Below are positions 27,523 to 37,588 of a stretch of 64,000 nucleotides of DNA, piece after piece. The stretch spans positions 163 to 64,162 of the forward strand of contig CAIZWU010000181.1 in assembly GCA_903936775.1 (NCBI GenBank). Reading direction: 5' to 3'. The stretch comes from an uncultured bacterium. GTDB lineage: Bacteria; Verrucomicrobiota; Verrucomicrobiia; Verrucomicrobiales; V1-33. The first letter of the stretch is position 1; the number at the start of each line of letters is the position of its first letter. The notes under the pieces are model-generated. The model was not told where the DNA came from, ran no database searches, and saw only the letters and a list, made by a program, of their open reading frames with translations. The translations under genes were made by a program, and so were the position numbers.

Positions 27523-28440
27523 ATGCCGAACCATTTCCCCCTGCACGGCCTCACCACCGCCACCCACACTCCTTTCCATTCCGATGGTTCCTTGAACCTG
27601 GCGGTGGTGGAGGCGCAGGCTTCCCATCTGCTGAACCACGGGGTCGGCGCCGCCTTCATTGGCGGCACCACGGGCGAAAGCCACAGCCTCACGATTCAGG
27701 AACGACTGGCCCTCGCGGAGCGTTGGACGGACGTGGTGCAGGGCAGCCCCCTGCGCGTCGTGGTCCATGTCGGAGCCAATTGTCTGTCGGATGCCCGCAC
27801 CCTCGCTGCTCATGCCGCCGGACGCGGAGCAGCGGCGATCGCCGCCCTTGCCCCTTCCTATTTCAAGCCCCGCTCGTTGGATCTGCTGATCGAGTGCTGT
27901 GCGGATACCGCCGCCGCGGCGCCGGAGACGCCTTTCTATTTTTACGACATCCCGGTGCTGACCGGCGTCGCCTTTTCCATGCCGGACTTCCTCGCCCAGG
28001 CCCCAGAGCGCATTCCCACCCTGGCCGGGCTGAAATTCACCAATCCAGACCTGATGGCCTATCAACAGTGCCTCCACACCGGGGAAGGCCGGTGGGATCT
28101 GCCGTTCGGGGTGGATGAGCATCTTCTGGGTGCCCTCGCCATGGGGGCCAGGGGAGCGGTGGGCAGTGGCTTCAACTTCGCCGCGCCCATCTACCAGCGG
28201 ATGCTGGCGGCGTTTGACCGGGGCGATCTGGCGGTGGCCCGTCTGGAACAATTCCGCGGCGTGCGTCTGGTGCAACTCCTCGCCGGCTATGGCTACATGG
28301 GCGCGGCCAAAACGTTGATGAACATGCTGGGCGTGCCGGTGGGCCCGGCGCGCCTGCCCCATGCCAACCTCTCCCCGGAACAGACGGCCCTGCTCCACAC
28401 CGGACTGGAATCCCTCGGATTCTTTGACTGGATTTCCTAG
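27523..28440 (+). CDS. nanA: N-acetylneuraminate lyase (DapA/NAL family aldolase)
   Basis: DapA-family motifs GGTTGESHSLT and FYFYDIPVLTG, with the Schiff-base Lys context GLKFTN. It lies between the NanM-like gene and the sialidase. Confidence 0.7.
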   Translation: MPNHFPLHGLTTATHTPFHSDGSLNLAVVEAQASHLLNHGVGAAFIGGTTGESHSLTIQERLALAERWTDVVQGSPLRVVVHVGANCLSDARTLAAHAAGRGAAAIAALAPSYFKPRSLDLLIECCADTAAAAPETPFYFYDIPVLTGVAFSMPDFLAQAPERIPTLAGLKFTNPDLMAYQQCLHTGEGRWDLPFGVDEHLLGALAMGARGAVGSGFNFAAPIYQRMLAAFDRGDLAVARLEQFRGVRLVQLLAGYGYMGAAKTLMNMLGVPVGPARLPHANLSPEQTALLHTGLESLGFFDWIS

Positions 28441-28450
28441 CACCAAACCT

Positions 28451-29605
28451 ATGACCCATCCCCTGAAATCCCTCCTTTATTCACTCCTCATGGCCGCCCC
28501 CCTGGCCGCGGCCGAACCGGAGTTCTCTGATGTCTTCACCTCCGGAAAAGAAGGTTATGCCTCCATCCGGATTCCCTCCGTGATTGCGACCCGGAGCGGT
28601 TCTGTCCTGGCTTTTGCCGAAGGCCGGCAACGCCCCACCGATCAGGCGGAGAATGATATCGTGATGAAGCGCAGCACTGACGGCGGAAAGTCATGGAGTC
28701 CGCTCCAGGTGCTGCATGACGACGGCGCGCACTCACTGAACAATCCCACCGTGGTGCAGGATCACCGCAGCGGCCGGATCTTCCTCTGGTATCAGCGCAT
28801 TCCGGCACATCTGAAGGAACAGAGCGCCAACACCGCCACCGGACTGGACGGCCCTGACATCTATCGGAATTTCATCCTCACTTCCGATGACGATGGCCAG
28901 ACATGGGCGGCTCCTCAGGATGTAACCCGCACCACCAAGCGGCCGGAACGGGCCACCACCATCGCCAGCGGCCCGGGCAGCGGCCTCCAGCTGAGCCGCG
29001 GGCCTCACAAGGACCGGCTGATCATCCCCTTCAATGAAGGCCCCTATGGCCAGTGGCAAAACTATGCGGTCTTCAGTGACGACGGCGGCCGGACCTGGAC
29101 CTGCGGCGACGACGTGCCGGGAGCCCTCGTGCCGGATGGCAAAGGCGGGGAGCGCAGTCAGATCAATGAGGTCCAGATGGCGGAACTGCCGGATGGTTCC
29201 GTGATGCTGGACAGCCGCCAATTCGCTGGAGCCAGGGTGCGCCGCACTTCCTTGAGCCAGGACGGCGGACGCACATGGTCGCCAGTGTCGGAAATCCCGG
29301 ATCTCACCGATCCCAGCTGCATGGCCTCCACAATCCGTTATTCCTTCCCGGAGGGCGACGCCCCCGGCCTGATGCTGCACAGCGGTCCGGATTCCGCCAA
29401 ACGCGAACGCGGCACGATTTACACGAGTGTTGACAACGGAAAAACATGGCCCACCAGGCGGGTGCTTTACGCAGGGCCCTTTGCTTACAGCGTGCTCTGC
29501 CGCCTTCCGGATATGAGCGCGGGGTGCCTGTTCGAAGCTGACAACTATGGCCGCATCGTCTTTGCCCGTCTCAGCACAGATTGGTTCACCGCGCCCAAAC
29601 CGTGA
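28451..29605 (+). CDS. Exo-alpha-sialidase (GH33)
   Basis: Signal peptide, FRIP-type motif ASIRIPS, and five Asp-boxes (STDGGKSW, SDDDGQTW, SDDGGRTW, SQDGGRTW, SVDNGKTW). Confidence 0.88.
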   Translation: MTHPLKSLLYSLLMAAPLAAAEPEFSDVFTSGKEGYASIRIPSVIATRSGSVLAFAEGRQRPTDQAENDIVMKRSTDGGKSWSPLQVLHDDGAHSLNNPTVVQDHRSGRIFLWYQRIPAHLKEQSANTATGLDGPDIYRNFILTSDDDGQTWAAPQDVTRTTKRPERATTIASGPGSGLQLSRGPHKDRLIIPFNEGPYGQWQNYAVFSDDGGRTWTCGDDVPGALVPDGKGGERSQINEVQMAELPDGSVMLDSRQFAGARVRRTSLSQDGGRTWSPVSEIPDLTDPSCMASTIRYSFPEGDAPGLMLHSGPDSAKRERGTIYTSVDNGKTWPTRRVLYAGPFAYSVLCRLPDMSAGCLFEADNYGRIVFARLSTDWFTAPKP

Positions 29606-29619
29606 GTGATCTGCTCACC

Positions 29620-30816
29620 ATGGAAGGCCGGGCGCACCTCGCGGCGCTCTACCGCGGCACGCTGCTGGGCGACGTCGTGCCGTTCTGGCTCCGGCATGGC
29701 CTGGACCGCAGTCATGGCGGCATCCTGACATCCCTCGGCCGCGATGGAGCCGTAATGGACACCGATAAAAGCGTCTGGTTCCAGGGACGCGCCGGCTGGA
29801 TGTTTGCCACCCTTTATTTGACGGTGGAACGCCGGCCGGAATGGCTGGAGGCGGCCCGGTCCTGCGTGGCATTTTCCCAGCAGCATTGTCATGGACCGGA
29901 CGGGAAAATGTACTTCACGGTGACCCAGGAAGGCCGGCCGCTCCGGATGCGGCGTTATGTGTTCAGTGAGAGTTTTGCGGCCATCTCCTATGCTGCCTGG
30001 TCACAGGCCAGCGGCGACCAGACTGCCGCGGCGGATGCGGTCACCGCCTTCGAACGCTACCTGCGTTATTCATTCGAGCCCGGAGCCATGCCGCCGAAGT
30101 TTGAGACCACGCGTCCCAGCAAGGGAATCGGAGCCTTGATGATCGGCATCGTAACAGCCCAGGAATTGCGGGCGGCAGGGGGCGACCAGCTGATTTCCGG
30201 AAAATCCCTGACTGCATGGATTGATGCCTGGATCGGGGAAATTGAACGGGACTTCCTGAAACCGGAACACGCCGCCCTGCTGGAAGTAGTGGCCCCGGAC
30301 GGCGGGATTATCGACCACGCGGAGGGACGCACCCTGAACCCGGGGCACGCCATGGAATGCGCGTGGTTCATCATGCAGGAAGGTCGGCTGCGGGGCAACG
30401 ATGCCTATGTGAAACTGGGCCTGCAGATTCTCGACTGGATGTGGGCCCGTGGCTGGGATAGCAAATATGGCGGGCTGCTGTATTTCACCGGTCTCCAGGG
30501 TCTGCCCGTCCAGGAATACTGGCACGACATGAAATTCTGGTGGCCGCATTGCGAGACTATCATCGCCACCCTGCTGGCATGGAAGCTGACCGGAGAAGCC
30601 CGTTATGCCGCGATGCACCAACAAGTCCATGATTGGAGTTTTGCCCATTTCCCGGACCGGGAACATGGCGAGTGGTTCGGTTATCTGCACCGCGACGGGA
30701 GCCTCTCCCAGCCCGCCAAGGGCAATCAGTTCAAAGGGCCATTCCACCTGCCCCGCATGTTATGGTTCTGTGCCCGGGAACTGGAAAGCGGCCTCCCGCC
30801 CGCGGGAAGTGAATAA
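29620..30816 (+). CDS. N-acylglucosamine 2-epimerase (AGE / renin-binding-protein family)
   Basis: LAALYRGTLLGDVVPFWLRHGLD, PGHAMECAWFIM, WWPHCETI and GEWFGYLHRDG are typical AGE alpha/alpha-barrel motifs. A GTG at 29602 (GTGA overlap with the sialidase stop) is an alternative start. Confidence 0.8.
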   Translation: MEGRAHLAALYRGTLLGDVVPFWLRHGLDRSHGGILTSLGRDGAVMDTDKSVWFQGRAGWMFATLYLTVERRPEWLEAARSCVAFSQQHCHGPDGKMYFTVTQEGRPLRMRRYVFSESFAAISYAAWSQASGDQTAAADAVTAFERYLRYSFEPGAMPPKFETTRPSKGIGALMIGIVTAQELRAAGGDQLISGKSLTAWIDAWIGEIERDFLKPEHAALLEVVAPDGGIIDHAEGRTLNPGHAMECAWFIMQEGRLRGNDAYVKLGLQILDWMWARGWDSKYGGLLYFTGLQGLPVQEYWHDMKFWWPHCETIIATLLAWKLTGEARYAAMHQQVHDWSFAHFPDREHGEWFGYLHRDGSLSQPAKGNQFKGPFHLPRMLWFCARELESGLPPAGSE

Positions 30817-30830
30817 CTTTTCCGCCCCCA

Positions 30831-31859
30831 TCACCCGGCCCAACCCAGTTCCATCACCTGAGGCCGGTGGTCCGAGCCCAGATCGGGGCCAATGTTGCGG
30901 GATTGGAACAGGAGCGGAGGCGTGCAGAGGGCGTGGTCGATCGGGATGGCAAAGAGGGAACCGGCCCGCCACGTCGGTTTCCAGGCGCCGGGGGCGGGAA
31001 GCAGCGGCGCCTTGACAGCGAGTTGGCGGAAACCATGGGACCAAGGCGTGGCATTCAGGTCCCCCACCACCAGAACAGGGAGACCGGCCTGGGCCGTATG
31101 GTGGGACAACGCCAGCAATTGCCGGTCCCGGGCCGCGGCATATTCCCGGCCCATCGGCGGGACGGGATGAGTACCGAGAATCAGCAGTTCCCGGCCGCCC
31201 AGTTTCAGACGGGCTTCCACCGAATCCATGCAAAGATCCGAATCGGAATGAGGCCCGGCCCCCAGGACGTCACTATCTAATTTTCGCAAACCCGCCAATG
31301 GCAGACGGCTGAAAAGCGCGAGGCCGAAGTTGTCGCTCTTCGGCAGGATCAGGTGATGCGGATGGGTGCGGAGGAGTGGCTGCAACGCCTTCGCCCAGCC
31401 CCGGTCAACCTCCATGAGAAAAATGACATCGGCATCGGCCGCCTGCAGCCATTGCAGCACCCCGGCGTGATTGCGGTTCGAAGTGAGTACATTGAAGCTG
31501 ATCACCCTGACATGAAACCCGGGCACCGGCTGGCCGGGCGGAGCCTGCCACTCCGGACGGGCCATCAGCCAGAGATTGAGCCCCAGGCTGACGAGGGCGG
31601 CCGCCAGCAGCCATCGCCGTTTCCGCCACCCCGCCCAGGCCAGAGCCAGCAGACAGGCCACTACATATTGCCAGCGGAAGTGGCTGCCCAGATCCAGCAT
31701 CCAGTGCCAGCCGCCCAGCAGACCCAGCCATGATCCTGCCAGGCCCAGCAGCAGTCCCACTTCCAGCAACCCGGCCACACGAACGCGGGAGGAAACGAAA
31801 GGCGGCGGCAATGACATGAATTTGTCGTTTAACATCCTCTGAAACCGCTCTGCCGGCAA
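30831..31859 (-). CDS. Endonuclease/exonuclease/phosphatase (EEP) family protein with N-terminal TM helices
   Basis: Three N-terminal hydrophobic segments, then VISFNVL, VIFLMEVD, GDLNATPWS and GSDHRP, which are the EEP catalytic motifs. Confidence 0.75.
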   Translation of the reverse strand: MPAERFQRMLNDKFMSLPPPFVSSRVRVAGLLEVGLLLGLAGSWLGLLGGWHWMLDLGSHFRWQYVVACLLALAWAGWRKRRWLLAAALVSLGLNLWLMARPEWQAPPGQPVPGFHVRVISFNVLTSNRNHAGVLQWLQAADADVIFLMEVDRGWAKALQPLLRTHPHHLILPKSDNFGLALFSRLPLAGLRKLDSDVLGAGPHSDSDLCMDSVEARLKLGGRELLILGTHPVPPMGREYAAARDRQLLALSHHTAQAGLPVLVVGDLNATPWSHGFRQLAVKAPLLPAPGAWKPTWRAGSLFAIPIDHALCTPPLLFQSRNIGPDLGSDHRPQVMELGWAG

Positions 31860-31962
31860 GCCCGGAACCCGCCGCGGCAGTCCATGGCACGTTCCCCAGG
31901 AACAGGTCCGCCATCTGTCAGGCCAACCCCATGGCTTTCAACTGGGCGGTACTGCAGCCGGA

Positions 31963-34900
31963 TTAGGGCCGGGTCCGTGCCCGGACGCGGACGTAAAACC
32001 GGGGAGGCAATGGGCCCGTGGCCTGCCAGGTTTCAGATAATAGCCCCGGTGGACCGGGGCTGCGGGACTGCAACGTCAGGGCCGCCGTCCAATCCTTCAG
32101 ATTCTCACTGACTTCCGGAAAGACTTCCGCATCATCAGCCGCGGCCGCCCGGGTGAGGGAGACCACAAACCCTTCACCCGAAAGCGTGCCGGAGCAGGAG
32201 GGAAAGGCGGCGGCATTGGCCGCGCTGGTCCCGAGGCCATACTCGAGGAAATCACTGAATCCATCCCCATCGGAATCGGCCCCTGGATTCCCTGCAAAAA
32301 CCGTGGCGTCACTGGTGCCGGGGGTGCCGCCACTGGATGATCCCGGACGCCACGAGGCCGCGTTGGAAGGATCCGCGCCAGCGGACATCAGCACCAGCGA
32401 AGCTCCCTGCCCATCGGTTCCGCCCGGCCACGGCGCGGTGTCCTGATAGCGGAACCGCAGAATCACCCGCCCATCCCCGGCGAGGAGCGTGAGAGACTCT
32501 CCGGCATTGTCGAGTTTCCCGGCAAACTGATCCCCGGTGATGGCGATGCGTTGCCCCGGCGGCAGCAGGGTGCCGGGCGGAAAGGTCCATGCAATCCCTT
32601 CGCTGAAGCTCACATTGGTCAGATCAAGAGTGCTGCTACTGGTATTCCACAGTTCGATGAACTCCGGGACCGCACTCCCCTCCGGCGGATGGAAGAAGAT
32701 CTCACTGACCGTCAGATTGCCGGCGGCGGCGGCCACCCCGAGGACGTAGGATGCCTCGGTCAGGGCACTCCACACGGCACCATTGCGGGCCCTGGCCTTG
32801 AGGGTGGCCGAACCGCCAAGCATGACGGCGGATTGATAGAGCAGGCCCAGGGGCACGCCCGTCACCGCCTCGCGGGGGTCGCTGCCATCAAGGGTATAAT
32901 AAATCTCTCCGGCCGGGGCCGTGAGTGAAATCGTGAAGGGGGTGAGCGACACCCCGCCGTGAGGGCTGAGCGAGGGAGGATCCGTGAGGGGATACAGGCC
33001 GGCCGCCTGGAGACGGCGGACCGTGGCATAGCTGTTGGAGGTATTGTGCAGGCTGGGAATCCAGGTATTCCGGGTGAGGTTGATCGCTGGCAGCCAATCC
33101 GCCTCCCGGGTATAGACGGACTTGAGCGGCACACCCGGCCGGCTTTCCCCGGTATTGCCGTAGGGTGTCTGATCGGCAGTATCCCCCCAGCGGGCACTCT
33201 CGGCCACGATGGCCTGATCAATCGTTGAAGCGATCGCACTCCACCGGGCCTGGCCCGGAGCGACATCCAGCGCGCCGCCGTTATGAAGATGGTGGTGGGC
33301 GCGGTCGGCGTAGAGCAGGCGGAATTCCGCATTGTCCCGCAGCTTGTTCAACAGGCGGCCCGGCGTGCGGTCGGTGGTGGTATTGGGGGCATTGAGGCTG
33401 ACGCGGTCGATCCCGTGATTATTGAGAGCGATCTCCTGATCCCAGGTGACCCATTGGTATTTGTCATTGGGACCCACTTTGCGGCGGTAGGCATATCCGT
33501 TGTGGTGCGGCCAGTCCTCGGCCTCGCCGAACTGGTGCAGCAGGTAATAATCCGCAAAAGCAGCGGGATCCAGCCACTGCTGGATGGCAGCATAGGCCGC
33601 GGGGGTGGAAAGACCCGCATTTGCCAGGGCGAACATGCTTTTCCAGGGACTGGTGGCGGAAGGATTGGAGTCCACGAAATCGGAGACCACCTCCCAATCG
33701 GCGGCATCCCCTCCCCGATGGGAAGCCACGTAGTCTTCATCAATGCGCTCCGAAACGTTATAGATCCCCCAATAAAGTCCATTGATATAGAGATGGCTGA
33801 ACCGGCTGTCCGGCGCCAGATAACCCATGGCTTCATGGGCACGCTTCATCCAGATATCCCGCAGGTAGGTGGCATCATCCGGCCGGTAGCGCCCCGGATC
33901 CCAGCTCACGAGGCACCAGGCATCGGTGAAGCAGGCCCGCAGTACCAGTTTATTGAACTCCTTCACGGGTGAACCGGGAAACAGGGGATAACTGAGCTTG
34001 GAACTGCCCGCCGGGGCTTTGAAGGAAAGGCGGAAGGAATGTTTTTGTACCCGGTAGGGACGGCGGCTGCTGTTCCCATGGATTTCCACCTGACAATTCT
34101 CCGCGAAAGGGGCTTCCTGGCCTTTGGGATCCATGAACTCCACGGCGCAGGCCCGTTCCCAGGCGGCTCCAGTGCTTTTGGGGAATTGATAAATGCCATT
34201 CGATCCGAGAAAATCACCCGGTGGCAACGTCAGGGCGAGCGTCGGCAGGGCATGGAGGGCTTCCAGCACGGAGTAGCCAGGCTGGGTATGATTGACCACG
34301 TTGGGATCCATTTCATAATCGCCCGGCACGGCACCTCCGACTTCCGCATCGGTGCCCCAGGCCGTGGGCCACCCGGGCGGGCTGGCAGGCTGCTGGGTGG
34401 TGAGAACCGGAAACACATAAGACTGGGTGTCGATGGTCCCGGGGATGTAGCCGGGGAAGAACGCGGCAGCCCGCAGGCTGGTGGTTTTTGTGATGGAAAG
34501 CGGTCCGGCATAGACTGTGCCGGTGGTCGCGGACGGCACCGAGCCATCCAAGGTATAGCGGATTTCTGCACCCGGCGTCCCGCAACTGATCAAGGTGGTG
34601 ACAGGAGCGTCATAGAAGCCGCGATCCACACTGAATTTGGTATCCCTGACCCATCCCGCAAAACCAGGGGCATTCGCGGCCCCGGGGGTGGGCGTGGCAA
34701 AAAACAACGGGGCCACCGCCGCGCCGCCCAACCCATCCATCTGGAAATCCATCAGGAAATCGCTGTCATCCGCGGCCGCATTGTATCCATGAACCGCGAG
34801 GACATTGGTTCCGGCGAGCAGCAGCCCGGCAGTCACCGGGATGATGATTTCCTCCACCGTGGTGGCTTCCGCAGCGGTGCGGGAGGCGGGGGCGACGCTG

Positions 34901-36300
34901 TTCCATGCCCTATCCGCGGGAGCGTTCCGGCTGGCGACCAGCTGCCCATTGAGATAGGCGAGGAAACCGTCGTCATAACGCACCTTGAGTTTCAACTGTT
35001 GGAAAACGGCGGGATCCGGCACGCTGAAGGGCGCCCGCAGCAGCACACTGCTGGATTGAGGCCGCATGGCGGAAGAAAGATCCGTGGTGATGAGTCCGGC
35101 AAACCCGAGCGGCATGATCTGCACGGCATTGAGGAATACCCCGAAAGTTGCGCTGGAGGGGTCCCGGCGGCCTCCGATCACGAGACTCCCACCCGCGGTG
35201 GTGACGGCATCGAAGCCGAACCGGCCGGCCGTATCCACAGCCGGCAGATTGCCGCCATTGAAGGTGTAATTGTCCCGGACCAGCACCCCATTGGCATACC
35301 AATCCGAGACCCGGCTGCCGGGACTGGAACTATCATAACTCCACACGGTGACCCGGCAGGGTTGCTGGGCCGGCAAGTTGGTGACGGTCAAATCCAGGCC
35401 GGAGGTCCCGGTTTGATCGCGGGAAAACACGAAGTCGCGCAGGAGCCGCTGCGTCGTCAGGGAGGCCCCATCGGTGGGAGTGCTACGGTAACGGTCGTCA
35501 TAGGGATCGGCGCCGCTATTGCTCAGCGTGACCGGGGTGGAACCGATGGTGCGGGTGAGGGCGCCGGTCTGGGTGGCGGCATTGCCCCCGGTGCTGCCGA
35601 TGAGGAAGGAGGTGAAACCATTCTGGGTGGTGTCGGTGGTGTTATTGTCGCGATCGTTGAAATCCAGACTGAGCAGGGGCGCGCCAGTCCCCCCGATGGC
35701 ATCGTAGCCGGTGGGCAGCGTTCCACTGGTCCATGCCGCATCATCGAATGCCGGTTGGACCCACGAGGTGCCCAGGGTCCCGTCCGCCGGGACCCGGTAG
35801 CGCATCGTGGAACCGGCCGTCAGCAGCGGGGAATTGATATCCTGACTGACCACGGCGTATGAGATGTTCCTCCGCAGCTTCGGAAACGAAGGGATGAAGC
35901 CGGAAACCACCCTGCCTGCGGCATCGGTCAGGGCAAGATACTCCCCCTCCACATCGAGCTTGAAATTGGTATGCAACGGACTGCCCGCCACCGCACGGTC
36001 CTTGCCCGAAGCGAAGACGACGAGGTATCCATTGGCTGGCAGGGTGAAAGCCGGGAAGGACCACTTGGCCGGAAGCAGCGGATCATCTGTGAGGTGCCAT
36101 CCGGCGAGACTCACGGCGGCGGGGGCAGGGTTCCGGAGTTCGATCCACCCCGGGGACTGGCCGTCCTCGTCCACCAGTCCGCCGGAGTTATCAGGAAGTA
36201 TTTCGGAAATCTCCAGCGCCCCACCCCTGCCAGCCAAAAGGCAGCAGACGATCAGAAGACGAAACCAAGGAAAAATGGACACATTCCCATTGTGGGACAA
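31963..36300 (-). CDS. Giant secreted CotH-family protein with lamin-tail (LTD) and chitobiase/Fn3-like modules (1445 aa)
   Basis: LTD-like ISEILPDN...WIELRNP and VSEIFFHPP...FIELWNTS. The CotH core has HSFRLSFK, LVLRACFTDAW, YINGLYWGIYNVSERID and YYLLHQFGEAEDWPHHN. IRYTLDGSVPS and IYYTLDGSDPRE modules are also present. Confidence 0.8.
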   Translation of the reverse strand: MSHNGNVSIFPWFRLLIVCCLLAGRGGALEISEILPDNSGGLVDEDGQSPGWIELRNPAPAAVSLAGWHLTDDPLLPAKWSFPAFTLPANGYLVVFASGKDRAVAGSPLHTNFKLDVEGEYLALTDAAGRVVSGFIPSFPKLRRNISYAVVSQDINSPLLTAGSTMRYRVPADGTLGTSWVQPAFDDAAWTSGTLPTGYDAIGGTGAPLLSLDFNDRDNNTTDTTQNGFTSFLIGSTGGNAATQTGALTRTIGSTPVTLSNSGADPYDDRYRSTPTDGASLTTQRLLRDFVFSRDQTGTSGLDLTVTNLPAQQPCRVTVWSYDSSSPGSRVSDWYANGVLVRDNYTFNGGNLPAVDTAGRFGFDAVTTAGGSLVIGGRRDPSSATFGVFLNAVQIMPLGFAGLITTDLSSAMRPQSSSVLLRAPFSVPDPAVFQQLKLKVRYDDGFLAYLNGQLVASRNAPADRAWNSVAPASRTAAEATTVEEIIIPVTAGLLLAGTNVLAVHGYNAAADDSDFLMDFQMDGLGGAAVAPLFFATPTPGAANAPGFAGWVRDTKFSVDRGFYDAPVTTLISCGTPGAEIRYTLDGSVPSATTGTVYAGPLSITKTTSLRAAAFFPGYIPGTIDTQSYVFPVLTTQQPASPPGWPTAWGTDAEVGGAVPGDYEMDPNVVNHTQPGYSVLEALHALPTLALTLPPGDFLGSNGIYQFPKSTGAAWERACAVEFMDPKGQEAPFAENCQVEIHGNSSRRPYRVQKHSFRLSFKAPAGSSKLSYPLFPGSPVKEFNKLVLRACFTDAWCLVSWDPGRYRPDDATYLRDIWMKRAHEAMGYLAPDSRFSHLYINGLYWGIYNVSERIDEDYVASHRGGDAADWEVVSDFVDSNPSATSPWKSMFALANAGLSTPAAYAAIQQWLDPAAFADYYLLHQFGEAEDWPHHNGYAYRRKVGPNDKYQWVTWDQEIALNNHGIDRVSLNAPNTTTDRTPGRLLNKLRDNAEFRLLYADRAHHHLHNGGALDVAPGQARWSAIASTIDQAIVAESARWGDTADQTPYGNTGESRPGVPLKSVYTREADWLPAINLTRNTWIPSLHNTSNSYATVRRLQAAGLYPLTDPPSLSPHGGVSLTPFTISLTAPAGEIYYTLDGSDPREAVTGVPLGLLYQSAVMLGGSATLKARARNGAVWSALTEASYVLGVAAAAGNLTVSEIFFHPPEGSAVPEFIELWNTSSSTLDLTNVSFSEGIAWTFPPGTLLPPGQRIAITGDQFAGKLDNAGESLTLLAGDGRVILRFRYQDTAPWPGGTDGQGASLVLMSAGADPSNAASWRPGSSSGGTPGTSDATVFAGNPGADSDGDGFSDFLEYGLGTSAANAAAFPSCSGTLSGEGFVVSLTRAAAADDAEVFPEVSENLKDWTAALTLQSRSPGPPGLLSETWQATGPLPPRFYVRVRARTRP

Positions 36301-36357
36301 AACGCGGTGAAATGGGAAACGAAATTGTCACCGGGGATTACCCTACCCCACGGCAAC

Positions 36358-37422
36358 TCAGGACTTGGCCTTTTCAAAGCCAGGTTTGATGCGGCCGTAG
36401 ATCAGGCTGATGCGGTCATCGAAGTGAGCAAAAGCGCTCTTCATGGCATTGACGGTGATCTTCTCCAAGTCCTTCACCCCAAGGCCGAATTCATCGACTG
36501 CGATGCCGAATTCCTTGGTCATGGAGGTGTCGCTCATGAGGCGGTCATCGGTGTTCAGGGTGACCCGGAACCCACGTTCGAAATACAGCCGGAAGGGATG
36601 CTCCGCCATGCAGCGGACGGCTCCGGTATGGACATTGGACGATAGGCACATCTCGAGCGGGATACGACGGTCCAGAATGAATTGGGCGAGGGTCCCCAGC
36701 TTGACGATTTTGTCATCGACGATGGTCATATCATCCGTCAGGCGGGTGGCGTGACCGAGACGGTGGGCGCCACAAAGTTGCAGGGCCTGCCAGATGCTGG
36801 CGACCCCGAAAGCTTCGCCGGCGTGGAGGGTGGAGTAGAAGTTGGCCCGTTGGATGGCCTCGAAAGCGGCCACATGTTTTTTCGGCGGATACCCGGCCTC
36901 CTCGCCCGCGAGGTCAAAGCCAACCACCCCGCGATGCCGGAAGGAAATCGCCAGCTCCGCCCACTCAAGGGAATCAGTCAGGTGCCGCATCCCGCAGAGG
37001 ATGAGGCCCCAGGCCACGCCGTATTTCTCCTGGCCGCGGTTGAAGCCATCAATGGCCGCCTGGACCACCGCCTCCGGAGTCAGGCCGCGTTCCAGATGGA
37101 AGCAGGGGGCGAAGCGGCACTCGGCATAGACCACGCCATCGTGATACATGTCCTCGATGAATTCGAAGGCCACCCGCTCAATGGCGCTGCGGGTTTGCAT
37201 GACCCCGCAGGTGTGCATGAACCCTTCCAGATACTCCGGCAACGAACCGCGTTGTGCTCCCCGGTGGAACCAGGCGGCCAGTTCCTCCGGATGGGAAAAG
37301 GGCAATCCGGTATAACCATTTTCCACAGCGAGATCGATCACCGTCTGCGGCCTCAGCCCTCCGTCGAGGTGTTCATGCAGCAAAACCTTGGGCAACGAAC
37401 GGAGGAAATCTTCGGAGAGCAT
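36358..37422 (-). CDS. add: Adenosine deaminase
   Basis: LPKVLLHEHLDGGLRP, HAGE and TLNTDDRLMS are the metal-binding motifs of the adenosine deaminase family. Confidence 0.9.
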   Translation of the reverse strand: MLSEDFLRSLPKVLLHEHLDGGLRPQTVIDLAVENGYTGLPFSHPEELAAWFHRGAQRGSLPEYLEGFMHTCGVMQTRSAIERVAFEFIEDMYHDGVVYAECRFAPCFHLERGLTPEAVVQAAIDGFNRGQEKYGVAWGLILCGMRHLTDSLEWAELAISFRHRGVVGFDLAGEEAGYPPKKHVAAFEAIQRANFYSTLHAGEAFGVASIWQALQLCGAHRLGHATRLTDDMTIVDDKIVKLGTLAQFILDRRIPLEMCLSSNVHTGAVRCMAEHPFRLYFERGFRVTLNTDDRLMSDTSMTKEFGIAVDEFGLGVKDLEKITVNAMKSAFAHFDDRISLIYGRIKPGFEKAKS

Positions 37423-37588
37423 GCGTTATCCTAAGCGGAAAGCCCGCCCGCCGCAAGGTTGCCGTCATGGTGGCCCGGGAGCGTCACTGAACTCCTCCGG
37501 ACGGCGCCGTGACGGGGGAATCATAATACTTCCTGACCATCATTCCAGCGCTCCCCCGCTCCGTCTGCCCCAGAGTCCTGCCAGAAGG

